Shown here: positions 38,024-48,755 of the stretch, one piece after another | Layout: each line of letters starts with the position of its first letter | Numbering within the stretch: the stretch's first letter is position 1 | IMG/VR virus record: IMGVR_UViG_3300011226_000001 | Span: 1 to 64,000 of that record | Length of the DNA: 64,000 nt | DNA from: a virus | Taxonomy: Duplodnaviria; Caudoviricetes | Direction: 5' to 3' (one strand) | Notes under the pieces: generated by a model | Seen by the model: the letters and a program-made list of their open reading frames with translations, nothing else | What the model was told of the DNA's origin: nothing | The model's database searches: none | Program-made: the position numbers and the translations under genes

Positions 38024-38785
38024 CTAGACGCGAAAACGACGACCGCTAACAGTGCCTCGTGTTTCCGAGGAATCACTAAAGCCGCGCGTCTTATCTGGAG
38101 GCGCAATAGGTCCGTTAAACACAGCAGCCAGATCATTGTACGCACGAGGCTCCGCCAACTTTTTGCCAGCAGCAGCGGCATCAGCTTTTGCTTTCTCACG
38201 CGCTTTCTTTGACGCAACGATACGAGGGTCGGTATATAGAGGCTCGCGTTTCATATCCAGAATGGACATCATGCGATGTGGGTGCGTTTCTGCAATCTGA
38301 CGTATCTTGTCCATCTCACCTTTGCGTACTGCCATGCGCAGGATAGACTGACCTGTTGAGATTTCAGATGTTGTACCGGCGCGGACTAAACGACGACGAC
38401 ACTCACCCAAACCGAACCATGTTCCCGCTGATTTCCACACAGAGTAGTCACCACGAGACAACTGACCGAAGCGTTTAAGCTCAAGGAAACGGAACTGCCA
38501 GTTGCTACCGTAAAGATTAATTGCAGCAGCGATGTAGATAGGTTGAATGTTGAGAGAAAGACCAATCTCTACAGCATTGTACGAAGCAGTACAGAAAGAG
38601 CCGACCTGAGAAAGACAGAACTCGAAATATTCTAACGAGTCGGCACACAGGTCACTCGTAGCTGACTTGCTAAGAATGCGTGTGCGCCCATCTTTCATAA
38701 GTCCCTCAAGCATCTCACGACTAGGCGTGGGCCGAGTATAATCCAGTCTCTTTAAACGGGCTTCAATTTTCTGTACAGTAATCAT
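38024..38785 (-). CDS. hypothetical protein
   Basis: 253 aa, GGAG RBS. Confidence 0.6.
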   Translation of the reverse strand: MITVQKIEARLKRLDYTRPTPSREMLEGLMKDGRTRILSKSATSDLCADSLEYFEFCLSQVGSFCTASYNAVEIGLSLNIQPIYIAAAINLYGSNWQFRFLELKRFGQLSRGDYSVWKSAGTWFGLGECRRRLVRAGTTSEISTGQSILRMAVRKGEMDKIRQIAETHPHRMMSILDMKREPLYTDPRIVASKKAREKAKADAAAAGKKLAEPRAYNDLAAVFNGPIAPPDKTRGFSDSSETRGTVSGRRFRV

Positions 38786-39126
38786 GGCACGTACTCCGAC
38801 ATCTTATCGTGCGTTGTTACGCCTTCCAGATAGTCACATGCAATGAGCTTTAGACGGAAGGTTGTTTTGTCTTTCGGGAAGACGTTAGCGTCCAGATTGC
38901 GGAACGAGCAACTGTATCGTACTCGGTACAAACCGCCTTCTGTCTGAGCGTACAGGACTTCGTTTTCCTGAATCGCTTGAATTACAGGTACGGCGCATCC
39001 CGGCTTCACTTCTACCTGTATTGATTTCGTCGCTTGCTCAACGACGACACTTAAAATTGAGTGTTGGCCACTATCGGTTCCATCTCCGTAAAAGAGCCAA
39101 TCAAATCCGCGTATTGTATTCATCAA
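38782..39126 (-). CDS. hypothetical protein
   Basis: 114 aa ORF. Confidence 0.55.
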   Translation of the reverse strand: MMNTIRGFDWLFYGDGTDSGQHSILSVVVEQATKSIQVEVKPGCAVPVIQAIQENEVLYAQTEGGLYRVRYSCSFRNLDANVFPKDKTTFRLKLIACDYLEGVTTHDKMSEYVP

Positions 39127-39138
39127 TACACCCCAGAG

Positions 39139-39732
39139 TTATTGCGCAACGCCCCGCACAAAGTTAGTGTTGTAGTTGCGTGGAAGATAAGCGTACATGT
39201 TGAACTGATACTTTTCACAAATAGCATCAAGCACTACACATACTTCTTCCCACGAAACCCCGCCGAGTCCGCCATAGAAACGCTGAATAGCGATCTGTCG
39301 GTCAATAGCAATGTTTTGTTTATCGCACTGCTCAAGCAAGTCGTCAAACGCTCGCGTGAGGAACTTCTCACTGAAACGATTGATAGGCTTGTGGAACCCA
39401 GCGGACGAACCGTTGAGACCCAGACCGAAACCGCGCGCAATGTGCATGTTAGCAACAAACAAATTGCGGCGATATTGAGTACCGACACGGACCATGTGCG
39501 TCTTACCGATTGTCAGTTCATGCTCATAGTCGATTGTCTCAACATGACGCAGAACTTCCGGGAAGCGACGTGCAATACTCTTTTGAATAGGACTGCCGTA
39601 AGCACCGCGAGCGTTACACTCAACACCAATAACACGGAACTTACCTTGAATGAAGTCAGTAACGAGATTGCCCTTCTCGACAGGGATTACTCGAAACTGC
39701 TTCGGGGCGTAACCGATAGCAGATAAATCCAT
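39139..39732 (-). CDS. macro-domain-like protein
   Basis: KGNL...CNARGAYGSPI...IARRFP...GGLGGVSWEEV, resembling DarG/Tk.4-type macro domains. Confidence 0.6.
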   Translation of the reverse strand: MDLSAIGYAPKQFRVIPVEKGNLVTDFIQGKFRVIGVECNARGAYGSPIQKSIARRFPEVLRHVETIDYEHELTIGKTHMVRVGTQYRRNLFVANMHIARGFGLGLNGSSAGFHKPINRFSEKFLTRAFDDLLEQCDKQNIAIDRQIAIQRFYGGLGGVSWEEVCVVLDAICEKYQFNMYAYLPRNYNTNFVRGVAQ

Positions 39733-40274
39733 TACTTCTCTCCCGAGCTATACATCTTATTGTACAGGCTATTTACAGTTTCGATATCGTCCACCAGATT
39801 TCCAGTGAGCGCATCGCTGTCCCCTTTCTGAATGCTCCACGTAAGACCGAGAGCATCGTTGGCAGGGAAGCCACTTGGGAGGAAGTTCAGTACCATATCT
39901 TTCAGCGTGTAGCAGCGAGCGAGATACAGGTACGTCATAGCCATAACTGCACTGCCCGGCGTGTCTGACATAAGCGCGATATAGATCTTAACGTCTTCGC
40001 CTACTTTAATGTGCGGGTACAGCTCGGCGTTGAAGCGACGACAGATCAGGTCATACATATCAAGCTCTTTACGCAGGTCTTCAAGGAACTCTGCGATATT
40101 CTGCTTGGCCTGTTCGCGCTCTTTACCTACAGGAGCATCTGCAATCTCTTTGACAAGACGCCCGTAGATAGCGAGCAATATCGCTGCATCTCCATTAGGC
40201 TTCTTGTGTCCCATCTTAAACGCGACTCTCGCCGCGTCATACCATTTCTCCAACTGCGCAATCTTTTCCGTCAT
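39732..40274 (-). CDS. hypothetical protein
   Basis: 180 aa, GAGGA RBS. Confidence 0.6.
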   Translation of the reverse strand: MTEKIAQLEKWYDAARVAFKMGHKKPNGDAAILLAIYGRLVKEIADAPVGKEREQAKQNIAEFLEDLRKELDMYDLICRRFNAELYPHIKVGEDVKIYIALMSDTPGSAVMAMTYLYLARCYTLKDMVLNFLPSGFPANDALGLTWSIQKGDSDALTGNLVDDIETVNSLYNKMYSSGEK

Positions 40275-40285
40275 GCTATCCTCTA

Positions 40286-41314
40286 CTAGACGTGTAATAG
40301 TTGAGGCAGAGCCAGGCGCTTCTTAGTAGCTTTCAGCGCTTTTATATCAGGTCTGCTCGGTGCAAACGCTTCGATGTTACGTGGTAACGACGGAACGTTG
40401 CGGTCGATAGTTACAAGCTCCATTTGCAATTCAATATCCATAGCTGGTACTTGCATGGTCAGTGCTTTAGCCCAGCCGGCATTCGATTTGAGTTTACCAC
40501 TCAGCAGAGCGTCACGAATACCAAGTGCGCCTCCCCACTTATTGATAAGCTCAATCGAAGTCTTCTCGCCGAGTCCAGGAATACCAGGCACGTTATCAAC
40601 ACCGTCACCACACAAGGCAAGCATGTCGATAACACGGTCGGCAGGAACACCGAAGAAGCCTTTTGCTGTTTTGTAATCGAAGCGGCGTTCAGCAGCATTC
40701 GACTGCGCTTGCATGATAAGCTCAACGTTCTTGTGGTCAACAAGTTGCACGTAGTCTTTATCACGCGAATACAGCTTGATCAGGTAGTCGTGCTTGAATC
40801 GATCACACAACGTACCAACAAGGTCATCGCACTCGTAAGGCTTTTTAATGCCCACGTAGTAGCCTGCCATTTGCAGAATCTCTCTGGCGAGTGTCATCTG
40901 CGGACCAAGCTCTACGGTCTGAGTACGGTCACGGTTGCCTTTGTAGTCGCTGGACTTCTTGAACACCTGACGAATGTATTTCTTCTTGTGTTCAGCGGCC
41001 CATTGTTGAATCGCTCGATAGCGCCACGTATCGCTCGAACTTGGGTCGAAGCAGAACGCGAGATACGCACCGTTTGGATCTTTCGAGGCAATATCAATCA
41101 GGTCCTTGACCATATACATGAACTGACGCAGACCATAAGTCGGCGTACCGTCTTTTGCATACGTAGGACTTTTCTGCGTGGCGAAGTAAGCACGACACAT
41201 CCAGTTCGACGCATCAACAACGTGAAGCATCGGCTTCTTACCATACTTGATCTTCATCTTTGGCACAGAGCCAGGCGTCGGTGTTTTACCGATACTGGCA
41301 AACGATCTACTCAT
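40286..41314 (-). CDS. 5'-3' exonuclease / flap endonuclease (Pol I N-domain-like)
   Basis: VVDAS..RAYFA, YKGNR, YECDD, SRDKD, GDGVDNVPGIPGLGEKT. Confidence 0.92.
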   Translation of the reverse strand: MSRSFASIGKTPTPGSVPKMKIKYGKKPMLHVVDASNWMCRAYFATQKSPTYAKDGTPTYGLRQFMYMVKDLIDIASKDPNGAYLAFCFDPSSSDTWRYRAIQQWAAEHKKKYIRQVFKKSSDYKGNRDRTQTVELGPQMTLAREILQMAGYYVGIKKPYECDDLVGTLCDRFKHDYLIKLYSRDKDYVQLVDHKNVELIMQAQSNAAERRFDYKTAKGFFGVPADRVIDMLALCGDGVDNVPGIPGLGEKTSIELINKWGGALGIRDALLSGKLKSNAGWAKALTMQVPAMDIELQMELVTIDRNVPSLPRNIEAFAPSRPDIKALKATKKRLALPQLLHV

Positions 41315-41811
41315 TGTTCCTCCGCGAATACGAGAGAACGACCTCGACCTCGCTCACGTAACGCTTTATGAAACCCTAAGCCGCAACAGAACATATCAAT
41401 CGTGTCTGTTTCGACCTGTGCAATCTTCGTCGTCTGAGCAAGCTCATGCAGATAGCTTTCGCCAGCACAGAAGTAGCGAGCCAGTGGGTCAACGACTGCG
41501 CCACCACGAACGAACTGAAAAACGACCTGACCCGTGAACGTGATTGTCCTGAGGTCAAGTTGCGGAGCTTGTGAATAGAGTTTGAAGTTGCGCTTAAAGA
41601 GGCGTTTCAGGGCGTAAGCAGCGCCGAGACCGTCCGTAAACAAAATGATTTGGCAATGTTCAGGAGCAGCCGATAGGAGAACTTTCAGACCTTCTTTGTT
41701 TGAAGAACGAACGAAAGCTGTATCGAAGGGAGGGACTCGTTTCGGCTGCTTGAAGAATATGCGATGCCTTGCGTTATTAGGACTTTCGTCCACTGAATTT
41801 GTTTCCATCAC
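41311..41811 (-). CDS. hypothetical protein
   Basis: 166 aa, ATGA overlaps. Confidence 0.55.
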   Translation of the reverse strand: MMETNSVDESPNNARHRIFFKQPKRVPPFDTAFVRSSNKEGLKVLLSAAPEHCQIILFTDGLGAAYALKRLFKRNFKLYSQAPQLDLRTITFTGQVVFQFVRGGAVVDPLARYFCAGESYLHELAQTTKIAQVETDTIDMFCCGLGFHKALRERGRGRSLVFAEEQ

Positions 41812-41970
41812 GCCACCAAGAAGTTATAGAGTGATTCTACTTCCTCGTTCTTGAGAGCAGCAAGCAGAGCGCGGGCTTCGTCATCTGTCTTGTTCGTAAG
41901 GAACTTTGCTGCATACGCTGGGTTTACGTCAGTCAAATTCATGAGGACCCGAAGGTCCTCACGACAGACG

Positions 41971-42357
41971 TTAATCGAAGTCTTCTTCGTCGGCTTCAAC
42001 GGAATCATCGTCTTCGTCTTCTTCCTCGTCTTCGAGGTCTTCGCCGGTAAGCATACAGTTAACGATTACCAGACGACCTGCGACAACTACGCTGGTGATT
42101 ACGATCTGATTTGCTTCTTCGCGCTCTGCTTCTTCCAGCAGTTGCGCAACGTCAGCGTAGATCAGTTCGGCTTCTTCCGGGTCTGTCACGTCATCGACGG
42201 TCAGTTCAGAAGGTGCAGTAGGCCACGCTTCTGCGAGGACCTCTTCGACTTCTTTCGCAGCTTCTACCGAGGCAGGATCGTTATCGTCAGCGGGTTGCAC
42301 GATAAAGACGAAACCTTCTTTCTGATCAATAACGCGATGCGGGAATAATACGCTCAC
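41971..42357 (-). CDS. acidic hypothetical protein
   Basis: 128 aa, very Asp/Glu-rich, AGGAG RBS. Confidence 0.6.
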   Translation of the reverse strand: MSVLFPHRVIDQKEGFVFIVQPADDNDPASVEAAKEVEEVLAEAWPTAPSELTVDDVTDPEEAELIYADVAQLLEEAEREEANQIVITSVVVAGRLVIVNCMLTGEDLEDEEEDEDDDSVEADEEDFD

Positions 42358-42689
42358 GATGTACTCTCCTGATTTTGATTGTAATAAACGATGCCCCCGT
42401 TATTCGGGAATGAAGCATCTAATGATAGGCTCTCTCTATTTACAGATTCTCGCAGAGTCGCCATGCACGTAAAACACCACAATTGAACATCTAGTGGGGC
42501 GCTGTGATCTGTGATTGTCTCTAACTTAGACTGACCGTCAATTACGCCCGTGACTATGTTGCATTCCACAATAGTCATTTCGCCGCTGCGATCAATCTTT
42601 AAGCCTAACCCGTAATCGGTAAAGATAGGGTGGCGATACACAACCACCTTCTCAGTACCGTCAATTGGACACGTTGACACGTTGTACAT
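42354..42689 (-). CDS. hypothetical protein
   Basis: 111 aa, TAATG-coupled to the portal gene. Confidence 0.55.
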   Translation of the reverse strand: MYNVSTCPIDGTEKVVVYRHPIFTDYGLGLKIDRSGEMTIVECNIVTGVIDGQSKLETITDHSAPLDVQLWCFTCMATLRESVNRESLSLDASFPNNGGIVYYNQNQESTS

Positions 42690-44629
42690 TAACGGAGTCT
42701 CGACATTGCACGAAGCTCCTGAGGTGTCGGCTGGAATGATACCTTGCCGTTATCAAGAGGCATCGTTTTGTTTGCTTCGTAGTTCTTCGCCGCTTTCCAG
42801 ATTGCATCGTTCGCTTTGTTGTTAGCGACAGACTGACGGATAACGTGCTTCTTCTTACCGGTCTTACCGATTTCGAAGATTTCAGAACGCTCACCAAAGT
42901 CGCGGTTCAACAGCTTGCGTTGCTCCCCGCCCAGAACAGCAGACGACAGGCCGATACCAGCGATGTGACGACGACGGCGCTTCAAGTCAGCAGACATGCT
43001 ACTAACAGAACTAAAGCTGTCACCATCACCACCACCAGCACCCGGTTCAGGCGGAGCGAACTCGGCGTCGATTTCAGACTGACGTTTGCGATACGCCATC
43101 AGCTTACGACGCATTGCAAGGTCTTCATCCTGATCCATAAGAATCTGGTCGAAGTTGTACCCGCCAGCCGCAGCGATAGCACGTAACGGAACCGGAACAC
43201 CCAGCTCAGTCATCGCACGTAAGTTTTCCATCATCGCTTGGTCAACATCAGGACGCAGTTGCTTAGACCAATGCACGTTCGGAATAAACAGTTTGCTACC
43301 GTCATTCAGTTTGTACATTACTTCGGTCAGACCGCCTTCCATGAGATTGTTCTTCTTGATGATCTTACCGTTACGTTGAACAGCAAGGCCGTTCATCATA
43401 CTGATAAGAGGGAAGACTTTCTCGTAGTAGACTTTGCGCGTCAGATGATCACGGAACGCTCGCATTGCTTCGACGAAAATCGTCAGGCCAGCAGCACCTG
43501 AGTCATAGTTCGCTTCACCGCTGAGGAACGCTTCACTGATACCCATAGCTCGCATTTTGAATTGAGCAGTCTGGTCCCAGATATCCGTAATCTTCCAGAA
43601 GTCACCGCCTTGACGGAACTCACTGATGTTCACGCCCAGACGAGTTGTGATGATAGATCCAATCGGGTCACTATCCGCAGACAGAAGAAGGTCGGTCATA
43701 AAGTCCATTTCTTCTTGCGACGGTTCCCACTGATCACCATCACCCAGCTGGGCATGTAAGATACCGCGTTGACGACGCCCAGACTCAATCAGCGTACCAC
43801 GATACAGGTTCTTTTCGATCAACCAGATTGGTAGCACACGGCGTAACACCGAGATACCTTCACCAAAGCTGAATGTCTTACGTGGAATGTAGATTGTGCC
43901 GATAGGGTCGAGTTCCATCGTCACGTCGTTCATCAACTTATCAACGAAACCAGAACCGAGTTCTTTTTTCAGCGCGTCAATACGTTTACCTTCTTTAGCG
44001 AAAGCAGACTTCACGTACTGAGGAATGCGCAGCTCGAACATCGGGTCTTGACTGATAAACGGCAGTGGCGTTACGTCGATATTGTCGTAACGGTGCGTCA
44101 TCAGGTCGATGAACTTCTTACGGTCTTTGTTGTAGATCATACTGCCGACGAACGCGCCAGTAACCTGAATATCGGTAGTGATGTTCGGCATACTGGTCGT
44201 CAGTGACAGACGTTCGTTCACTTCGTAATACGGCTCAAGCACACTGTCCTTAGCGCCACTGAAACTCACATCTGAGAAGGGCAGCGTTGAGAACAAGTCC
44301 ACGTATGAACCGCAGATTGGGTCGAAGTGATACATATCGCGGTAGACGTTGAATAGCTGTCGGTCGTCAGCATCATAGTCCATACCTTCCATCATCGGCT
44401 CTAAGTCGATATCAAGAGGGACAGTACCAATTTGCATATTACCGGCAGACATTCCTGCGCCACCCGCAGATTGAGATACGAAGTCACTGTGACGACGTGA
44501 ACTCTCACTGCGGATTGCTTTGCCTATCTCGCGTGGTAAAGAGGCTGCTCCGAGAGAACTTTGTTTTTTCTTCTTCGCAGGCTCTTGGGGTTCGGCGCCC
44601 AATTGACGACGACCTACCTGAATACCCAT
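42689..44629 (-). CDS. putative portal protein
   Basis: 646 aa, just downstream of the terminase; portal-like segments (DPI...V, AMGISEAFLSGEANY). Confidence 0.65.
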   Translation of the reverse strand: MGIQVGRRQLGAEPQEPAKKKKQSSLGAASLPREIGKAIRSESSRRHSDFVSQSAGGAGMSAGNMQIGTVPLDIDLEPMMEGMDYDADDRQLFNVYRDMYHFDPICGSYVDLFSTLPFSDVSFSGAKDSVLEPYYEVNERLSLTTSMPNITTDIQVTGAFVGSMIYNKDRKKFIDLMTHRYDNIDVTPLPFISQDPMFELRIPQYVKSAFAKEGKRIDALKKELGSGFVDKLMNDVTMELDPIGTIYIPRKTFSFGEGISVLRRVLPIWLIEKNLYRGTLIESGRRQRGILHAQLGDGDQWEPSQEEMDFMTDLLLSADSDPIGSIITTRLGVNISEFRQGGDFWKITDIWDQTAQFKMRAMGISEAFLSGEANYDSGAAGLTIFVEAMRAFRDHLTRKVYYEKVFPLISMMNGLAVQRNGKIIKKNNLMEGGLTEVMYKLNDGSKLFIPNVHWSKQLRPDVDQAMMENLRAMTELGVPVPLRAIAAAGGYNFDQILMDQDEDLAMRRKLMAYRKRQSEIDAEFAPPEPGAGGGDGDSFSSVSSMSADLKRRRRHIAGIGLSSAVLGGEQRKLLNRDFGERSEIFEIGKTGKKKHVIRQSVANNKANDAIWKAAKNYEANKTMPLDNGKVSFQPTPQELRAMSRLR

Positions 44630-44636
44630 CTTTACC

Positions 44637-44852
44637 TCACTTCAAAGGGATTGCGAGACTCACACGGCAGCCAGTGCAGAACATAACACCCTCACCTGAG
44701 AGCAATTGTGTCGGCACTGTAGACGAACCACACTTCGGACACACGTTAGCGCTTTCGACGACGAACGCACCGCTCGTGCTTTCCATTTGTGTGGTCTTCG
44801 ACTCTGACTTTACAGAGTTGTTGTTCAGCAACGGGTTGTAGTGCTTACTCAT
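44637..44852 (-). CDS. small Zn-ribbon protein
   Basis: CPKC...CTGC. Confidence 0.65.
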   Translation of the reverse strand: MSKHYNPLLNNNSVKSESKTTQMESTSGAFVVESANVCPKCGSSTVPTQLLSGEGVMFCTGCRVSLAIPLK

Positions 44853-44896
44853 GATCTTATTCCCTTGTAATAACTAGACTCGTCTAAATTAGCTTT

Positions 44897-47725
44897 TTAT
44901 TTCCGGCCAATCATTCGAGTACGAGCACTACCAAGAACACGACCACTAGGCAGAGCAACGCGCGAGCTACTAGCAGTGCCTGAGTTGAGTCGATGCGCTA
45001 CGCGACCCAAGCGATTCGGGTCACGGTTGATTGATACTTCTGGTGCTTTCGTCAGATACTCGTCGTACTCGCCACACTCGAAGCCATACACCATGAGTGC
45101 CATTGCTCGCCACAGGTCATCGGTTGCCCCTGTGTTCTTGATTACGCTGCGGCCTGTATCTTGCACAGTCTGCAATTGCATGATCAAGTGCTCTGTTGGT
45201 TTGTTCTCGAAGCACTGAGGATATTCGTCACCGTCGTATTTCAACGTGTCAGCAATCTTGTCAGCGTGAGTCATTCGCGGTAGACTAATGCGTGACGGCG
45301 TTGATTCGAACATCGTCTTAACTGTCCACATGTCCTGATACTTCAAGCTGTACTGGTCGGACTCCTCGATGGAATCCACTTTCAGTTTCGCATCCTGCAA
45401 CAACTTGAGTGACTGCCACTGGTCAGCAAGCATTACGCGAACGTTACGCGCTTTGCACAGCGGAATAAGCAGTTCATCAAATATCAAGGTGTAGTTCAGA
45501 GGGATGCCTGGCTTCGGTACGATCTCAACAAGACAATCGACACTGATAATCCCTGCATCGTCGCGTGAGCCTGTAACGAGTGCGAAGCTGTTGTTCGAGA
45601 AGCCTGCGTCAATTGCAAGTATCGACGCTTTGGTTGTCGTTGCCGCTTTGACGAGACTGCCATAGCGCTGGCGTTCACCGTCTTTGTGTCGAATGATGTG
45701 ATGGGCATATGTACACATCGAACGACCTTTCTCACGTATTGCATCCTGAATGAAGGTTGGTTGCGTGATGAATGGGTTAGCAGACAACGGTGCTTCTGCT
45801 CCGTAATCTCGGGCTGCACCTACCGGGTCACGACGAAACGCTTCTACAAGGAACTCAGAGGTACGCGGCATTGTCGGGTTCATCTTCCACGTAGGAGCAT
45901 GAATACCGAGCAGCTTCTCAGAGCCTACTGACATACGAAGCAATTCGTTAATCTTATCACGGGCGTGAACCGGACTACTGATGTTACAGAAATATCCCGT
46001 GAATGCTTCATCATAACCGGATTCGACTTGCCGCATCTCGGCAGAACGAACAGTTGCGAGTGAACGGTCAAGTGCACCGTAGACTGCACCAGCACTGACT
46101 TTGATCTTCTTGGATTGGGCGTCGTTGTCGAAATACGCCACTTCGTCGATTACCGCCAGTACGCGGGTTCGACCACGAAGAATACGACCATCAGGTCCGG
46201 CAGGGTAGATAACGAAGTTCCTGTGTCCGTACAGTACGAACGTGTCACGAATCTTCATCACTTCGATGCCGTAACGGCGCTCGTGTTTGCGAATCAAATC
46301 GTGATAGGCTTGGAACCACGGACTACCCATGATGTAGTTGAAGTACGGAGTCCACAATGTATCAGACGCTTGCTTCTGGGTAAGCGCAACGAACGTACCG
46401 TGCAATACGGTTGTGCTGTCGATGCCCAAGATACCAGTAGGCGACTGCGACATAAGCAGTCTGTGCGTCAGATAGGTAGAGATCATCGCTACTACAACTG
46501 ACTTACCGCTGTTGTGATGCAGAATGCCTGACGCAACGAATTGAGGCAGACCTTCCATCTGCAAGTCATACGTGACCTGCGGAGTACCGTCATCAACGGA
46601 CATTACTTCGATGTGAATCGAACGACACTGAGGCTGCTCAGTCAAGTCATAGACTAAGCTCCACATGCGCGTACCGTGAACGATTTGCGGCAAGTGTCCT
46701 GCGTTGATCAGAATCGACCACACCATTTGAAGTGCGTCAACATCATCGGTAACGTACTGCATCTTTTCGCCCAGAGGCACACTGCGTTCAGCGATATAAC
46801 GCAGCGCTTCTTCACGCGTAGACAGACCAGCATCATAGATACTTACAGGACGCTGTATCTTGCCCCATGAGTTCGTACCGAGTTTGACTTCGATACGCTC
46901 ACCGCCGCGCAGCTTCGACACTTTCTTAAAGCCTTGCTCAGTACGCACAGGGTGCTCATGAGTTGCTTCAATCCACATACCGTTTGCGAGCGTGACGACT
47001 TTGGTAGGCGCTACGTCTGACACATAGACTTGACTGACGTTCTTGATCTCACGGCCGTTGTGCGCGTTGAAGTTACGCTGCGGCTTGTGGAACCCAGGCA
47101 CATCATGACCAATCATCATGTGACCGATAGGCATAACACCACGAGAGGTCAGCACAGGAGTTGAGGCAATCACACAACGCTGTCCGGCGTTCACCGCCAG
47201 TTCGTTGTAGAAGTTCATCTCTTTCTTGCGAATCATCTCAGAACGACGAGAGCCGCAATGGGGGCACACACCATTGTGAAGCAGGTGTAAATGTGTCTCT
47301 ATTGCGGCTGTCGTTTCTTGAGGCTCGTGGTTTTCAGTGTACATCCATTGCAAGTTTGGTGAGCACTTAACGCAGATCTCACCAAACAAGCGCAGACCAA
47401 TCATGGCCTGTTCGAGATAAGGGTCGGCTTTTAAGAAGTCAGGACTCGTACACCACTCAAGGAAATTCTTGGCGCGTGGCATCGCACTATCATCAAACTT
47501 CAAATCGCGTGGCACAAGTGTGCGCTGCTCTAAAGCCCCTTCAACGAGATCGACAATGTTGACCTCGCCCTTTTCGAGAAAGTTAATCCCACTCGAACTA
47601 TTATCCGACAAGAAATCCATATCGGATGAGGCATCCGCCTGAACGTCATCACCAAGTAGTGCATCGAATGCAGCTATTCGCTTAGGACGTATCGTGAATG
47701 CTGGGCCCTTTTTAGGCTTGGCCAT
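44897..47725 (-). CDS. terL: terminase large subunit with intein
   Basis: Walker A GQR|SGKS after splicing, RGRT..VIDEVA Walker B, ISS, nuclease AIDAG and DDL. Confidence 0.9.
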   Translation of the reverse strand: MAKPKKGPAFTIRPKRIAAFDALLGDDVQADASSDMDFLSDNSSSGINFLEKGEVNIVDLVEGALEQRTLVPRDLKFDDSAMPRAKNFLEWCTSPDFLKADPYLEQAMIGLRLFGEICVKCSPNLQWMYTENHEPQETTAAIETHLHLLHNGVCPHCGSRRSEMIRKKEMNFYNELAVNAGQRCVIASTPVLTSRGVMPIGHMMIGHDVPGFHKPQRNFNAHNGREIKNVSQVYVSDVAPTKVVTLANGMWIEATHEHPVRTEQGFKKVSKLRGGERIEVKLGTNSWGKIQRPVSIYDAGLSTREEALRYIAERSVPLGEKMQYVTDDVDALQMVWSILINAGHLPQIVHGTRMWSLVYDLTEQPQCRSIHIEVMSVDDGTPQVTYDLQMEGLPQFVASGILHHNSGKSVVVAMISTYLTHRLLMSQSPTGILGIDSTTVLHGTFVALTQKQASDTLWTPYFNYIMGSPWFQAYHDLIRKHERRYGIEVMKIRDTFVLYGHRNFVIYPAGPDGRILRGRTRVLAVIDEVAYFDNDAQSKKIKVSAGAVYGALDRSLATVRSAEMRQVESGYDEAFTGYFCNISSPVHARDKINELLRMSVGSEKLLGIHAPTWKMNPTMPRTSEFLVEAFRRDPVGAARDYGAEAPLSANPFITQPTFIQDAIREKGRSMCTYAHHIIRHKDGERQRYGSLVKAATTTKASILAIDAGFSNNSFALVTGSRDDAGIISVDCLVEIVPKPGIPLNYTLIFDELLIPLCKARNVRVMLADQWQSLKLLQDAKLKVDSIEESDQYSLKYQDMWTVKTMFESTPSRISLPRMTHADKIADTLKYDGDEYPQCFENKPTEHLIMQLQTVQDTGRSVIKNTGATDDLWRAMALMVYGFECGEYDEYLTKAPEVSINRDPNRLGRVAHRLNSGTASSSRVALPSGRVLGSARTRMIGRK
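46511..47176 (-). mobile_element. cis intein (222 aa) in the terminase Walker A
   Basis: Starts CVIASTPV, block B ATHEHPV, ends TYDL...FVASGILHHN, +1 Ser. Confidence 0.9.
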
Positions 47726-48512
47726 TCTCGTTCTGCTTCTTCCTGTATTCAGTAAACCCGCGCGTTGTTCCTATACCTGTACCTTTAGCAACCAGCTCGT
47801 CGTTACCGTGCATCAAGCGTCGAATCTGGGCACGTAATGAATTGTTCCCTAGCTTCGCTTTGTGCTCTGCTCGCACGTCATCGAACGATTTGATTAACCA
47901 GTCTTTCAGGACGTCTGCACGTACTGATTCAGGTACTGACTGTGACTTCGAAAGCATAACGCCGATGATGTTCGCAAGCCCTACGCGCTCTATATAAGGC
48001 ACAAGCTCACTATCAATCTCTAAGTCTGTTTTGAGACAGTCTTTCGAGATCGCTTCTACTTCACCGGCTGCGATATCAAACCCAAGTATTGGGCTAAACA
48101 CCTGATGCAGCAGATAGTCACGGAATGTTTGCGCGTGTTCGTCAACACTGTCCAGCGTACCGTCAATTACTTCGGCGCTGACTGTGAAGACGTTCTCTGG
48201 ACCAACGTGGTCTTTGTTTTTACGGGAACGGACTTCATTGAGTCGAGGCTTGATAAGAAGTCGGGACTCAGTTTTTGAGATCGCTGCGGCTTCTTCGTCG
48301 AGGTCGAGAGTGTCGTCATCGTGTTCCTCTACAGGTATACTGTGGATTGCATGAATGTCATTCACCATACGCACACGCATAGTGGTGTTTGGCATCTTAT
48401 CAAGTTCCCACGCTTCTACTCGGCGCACCTGCCCATGCTTAACAGGGTACGTCCAGCGAGGAACCATGTGATCAGACTCAACAAGTCCGTATGGGCCTTC
48501 GAACTTAGCCAC
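47712..48512 (-). CDS. hypothetical protein (at the usual position of a small terminase)
   Basis: Overlaps the terL start; no motif recognised. Confidence 0.5.
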   Translation of the reverse strand: MAKFEGPYGLVESDHMVPRWTYPVKHGQVRRVEAWELDKMPNTTMRVRMVNDIHAIHSIPVEEHDDDTLDLDEEAAAISKTESRLLIKPRLNEVRSRKNKDHVGPENVFTVSAEVIDGTLDSVDEHAQTFRDYLLHQVFSPILGFDIAAGEVEAISKDCLKTDLEIDSELVPYIERVGLANIIGVMLSKSQSVPESVRADVLKDWLIKSFDDVRAEHKAKLGNNSLRAQIRRLMHGNDELVAKGTGIGTTRGFTEYRKKQNENGQA

Positions 48513-48747
48513 GGTTGAATACGTACTTATCGGCGTGATCGTCGAACGTCATCTGCACTGCGTAATGAGTAACGTCGCTCATATCAGTACGATTCGGTTC
48601 ACCGGGATTCTGACAGTGGAACCCATTATAGTTCGGGTACATGCCAGAGAGTTCAGCACCCTCCTTGGTGCGAATGTGATAGACATAATCCTTGTCTATG
48701 TTGTTGCGGGCTTCGTCATCAAAGACGAGCCAGTCGATATTGTCCAT
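48505..48747 (-). CDS. hypothetical protein
   Basis: 80 aa, AGGAG RBS. Confidence 0.55.
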   Translation of the reverse strand: MDNIDWLVFDDEARNNIDKDYVYHIRTKEGAELSGMYPNYNGFHCQNPGEPNRTDMSDVTHYAVQMTFDDHADKYVFNRG

Positions 48748-48755
48748 GAAGACTC

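Noticed and set aside
47712-48512. Small terminase subunit
   Set aside because: Only positional evidence; no motif recognised.
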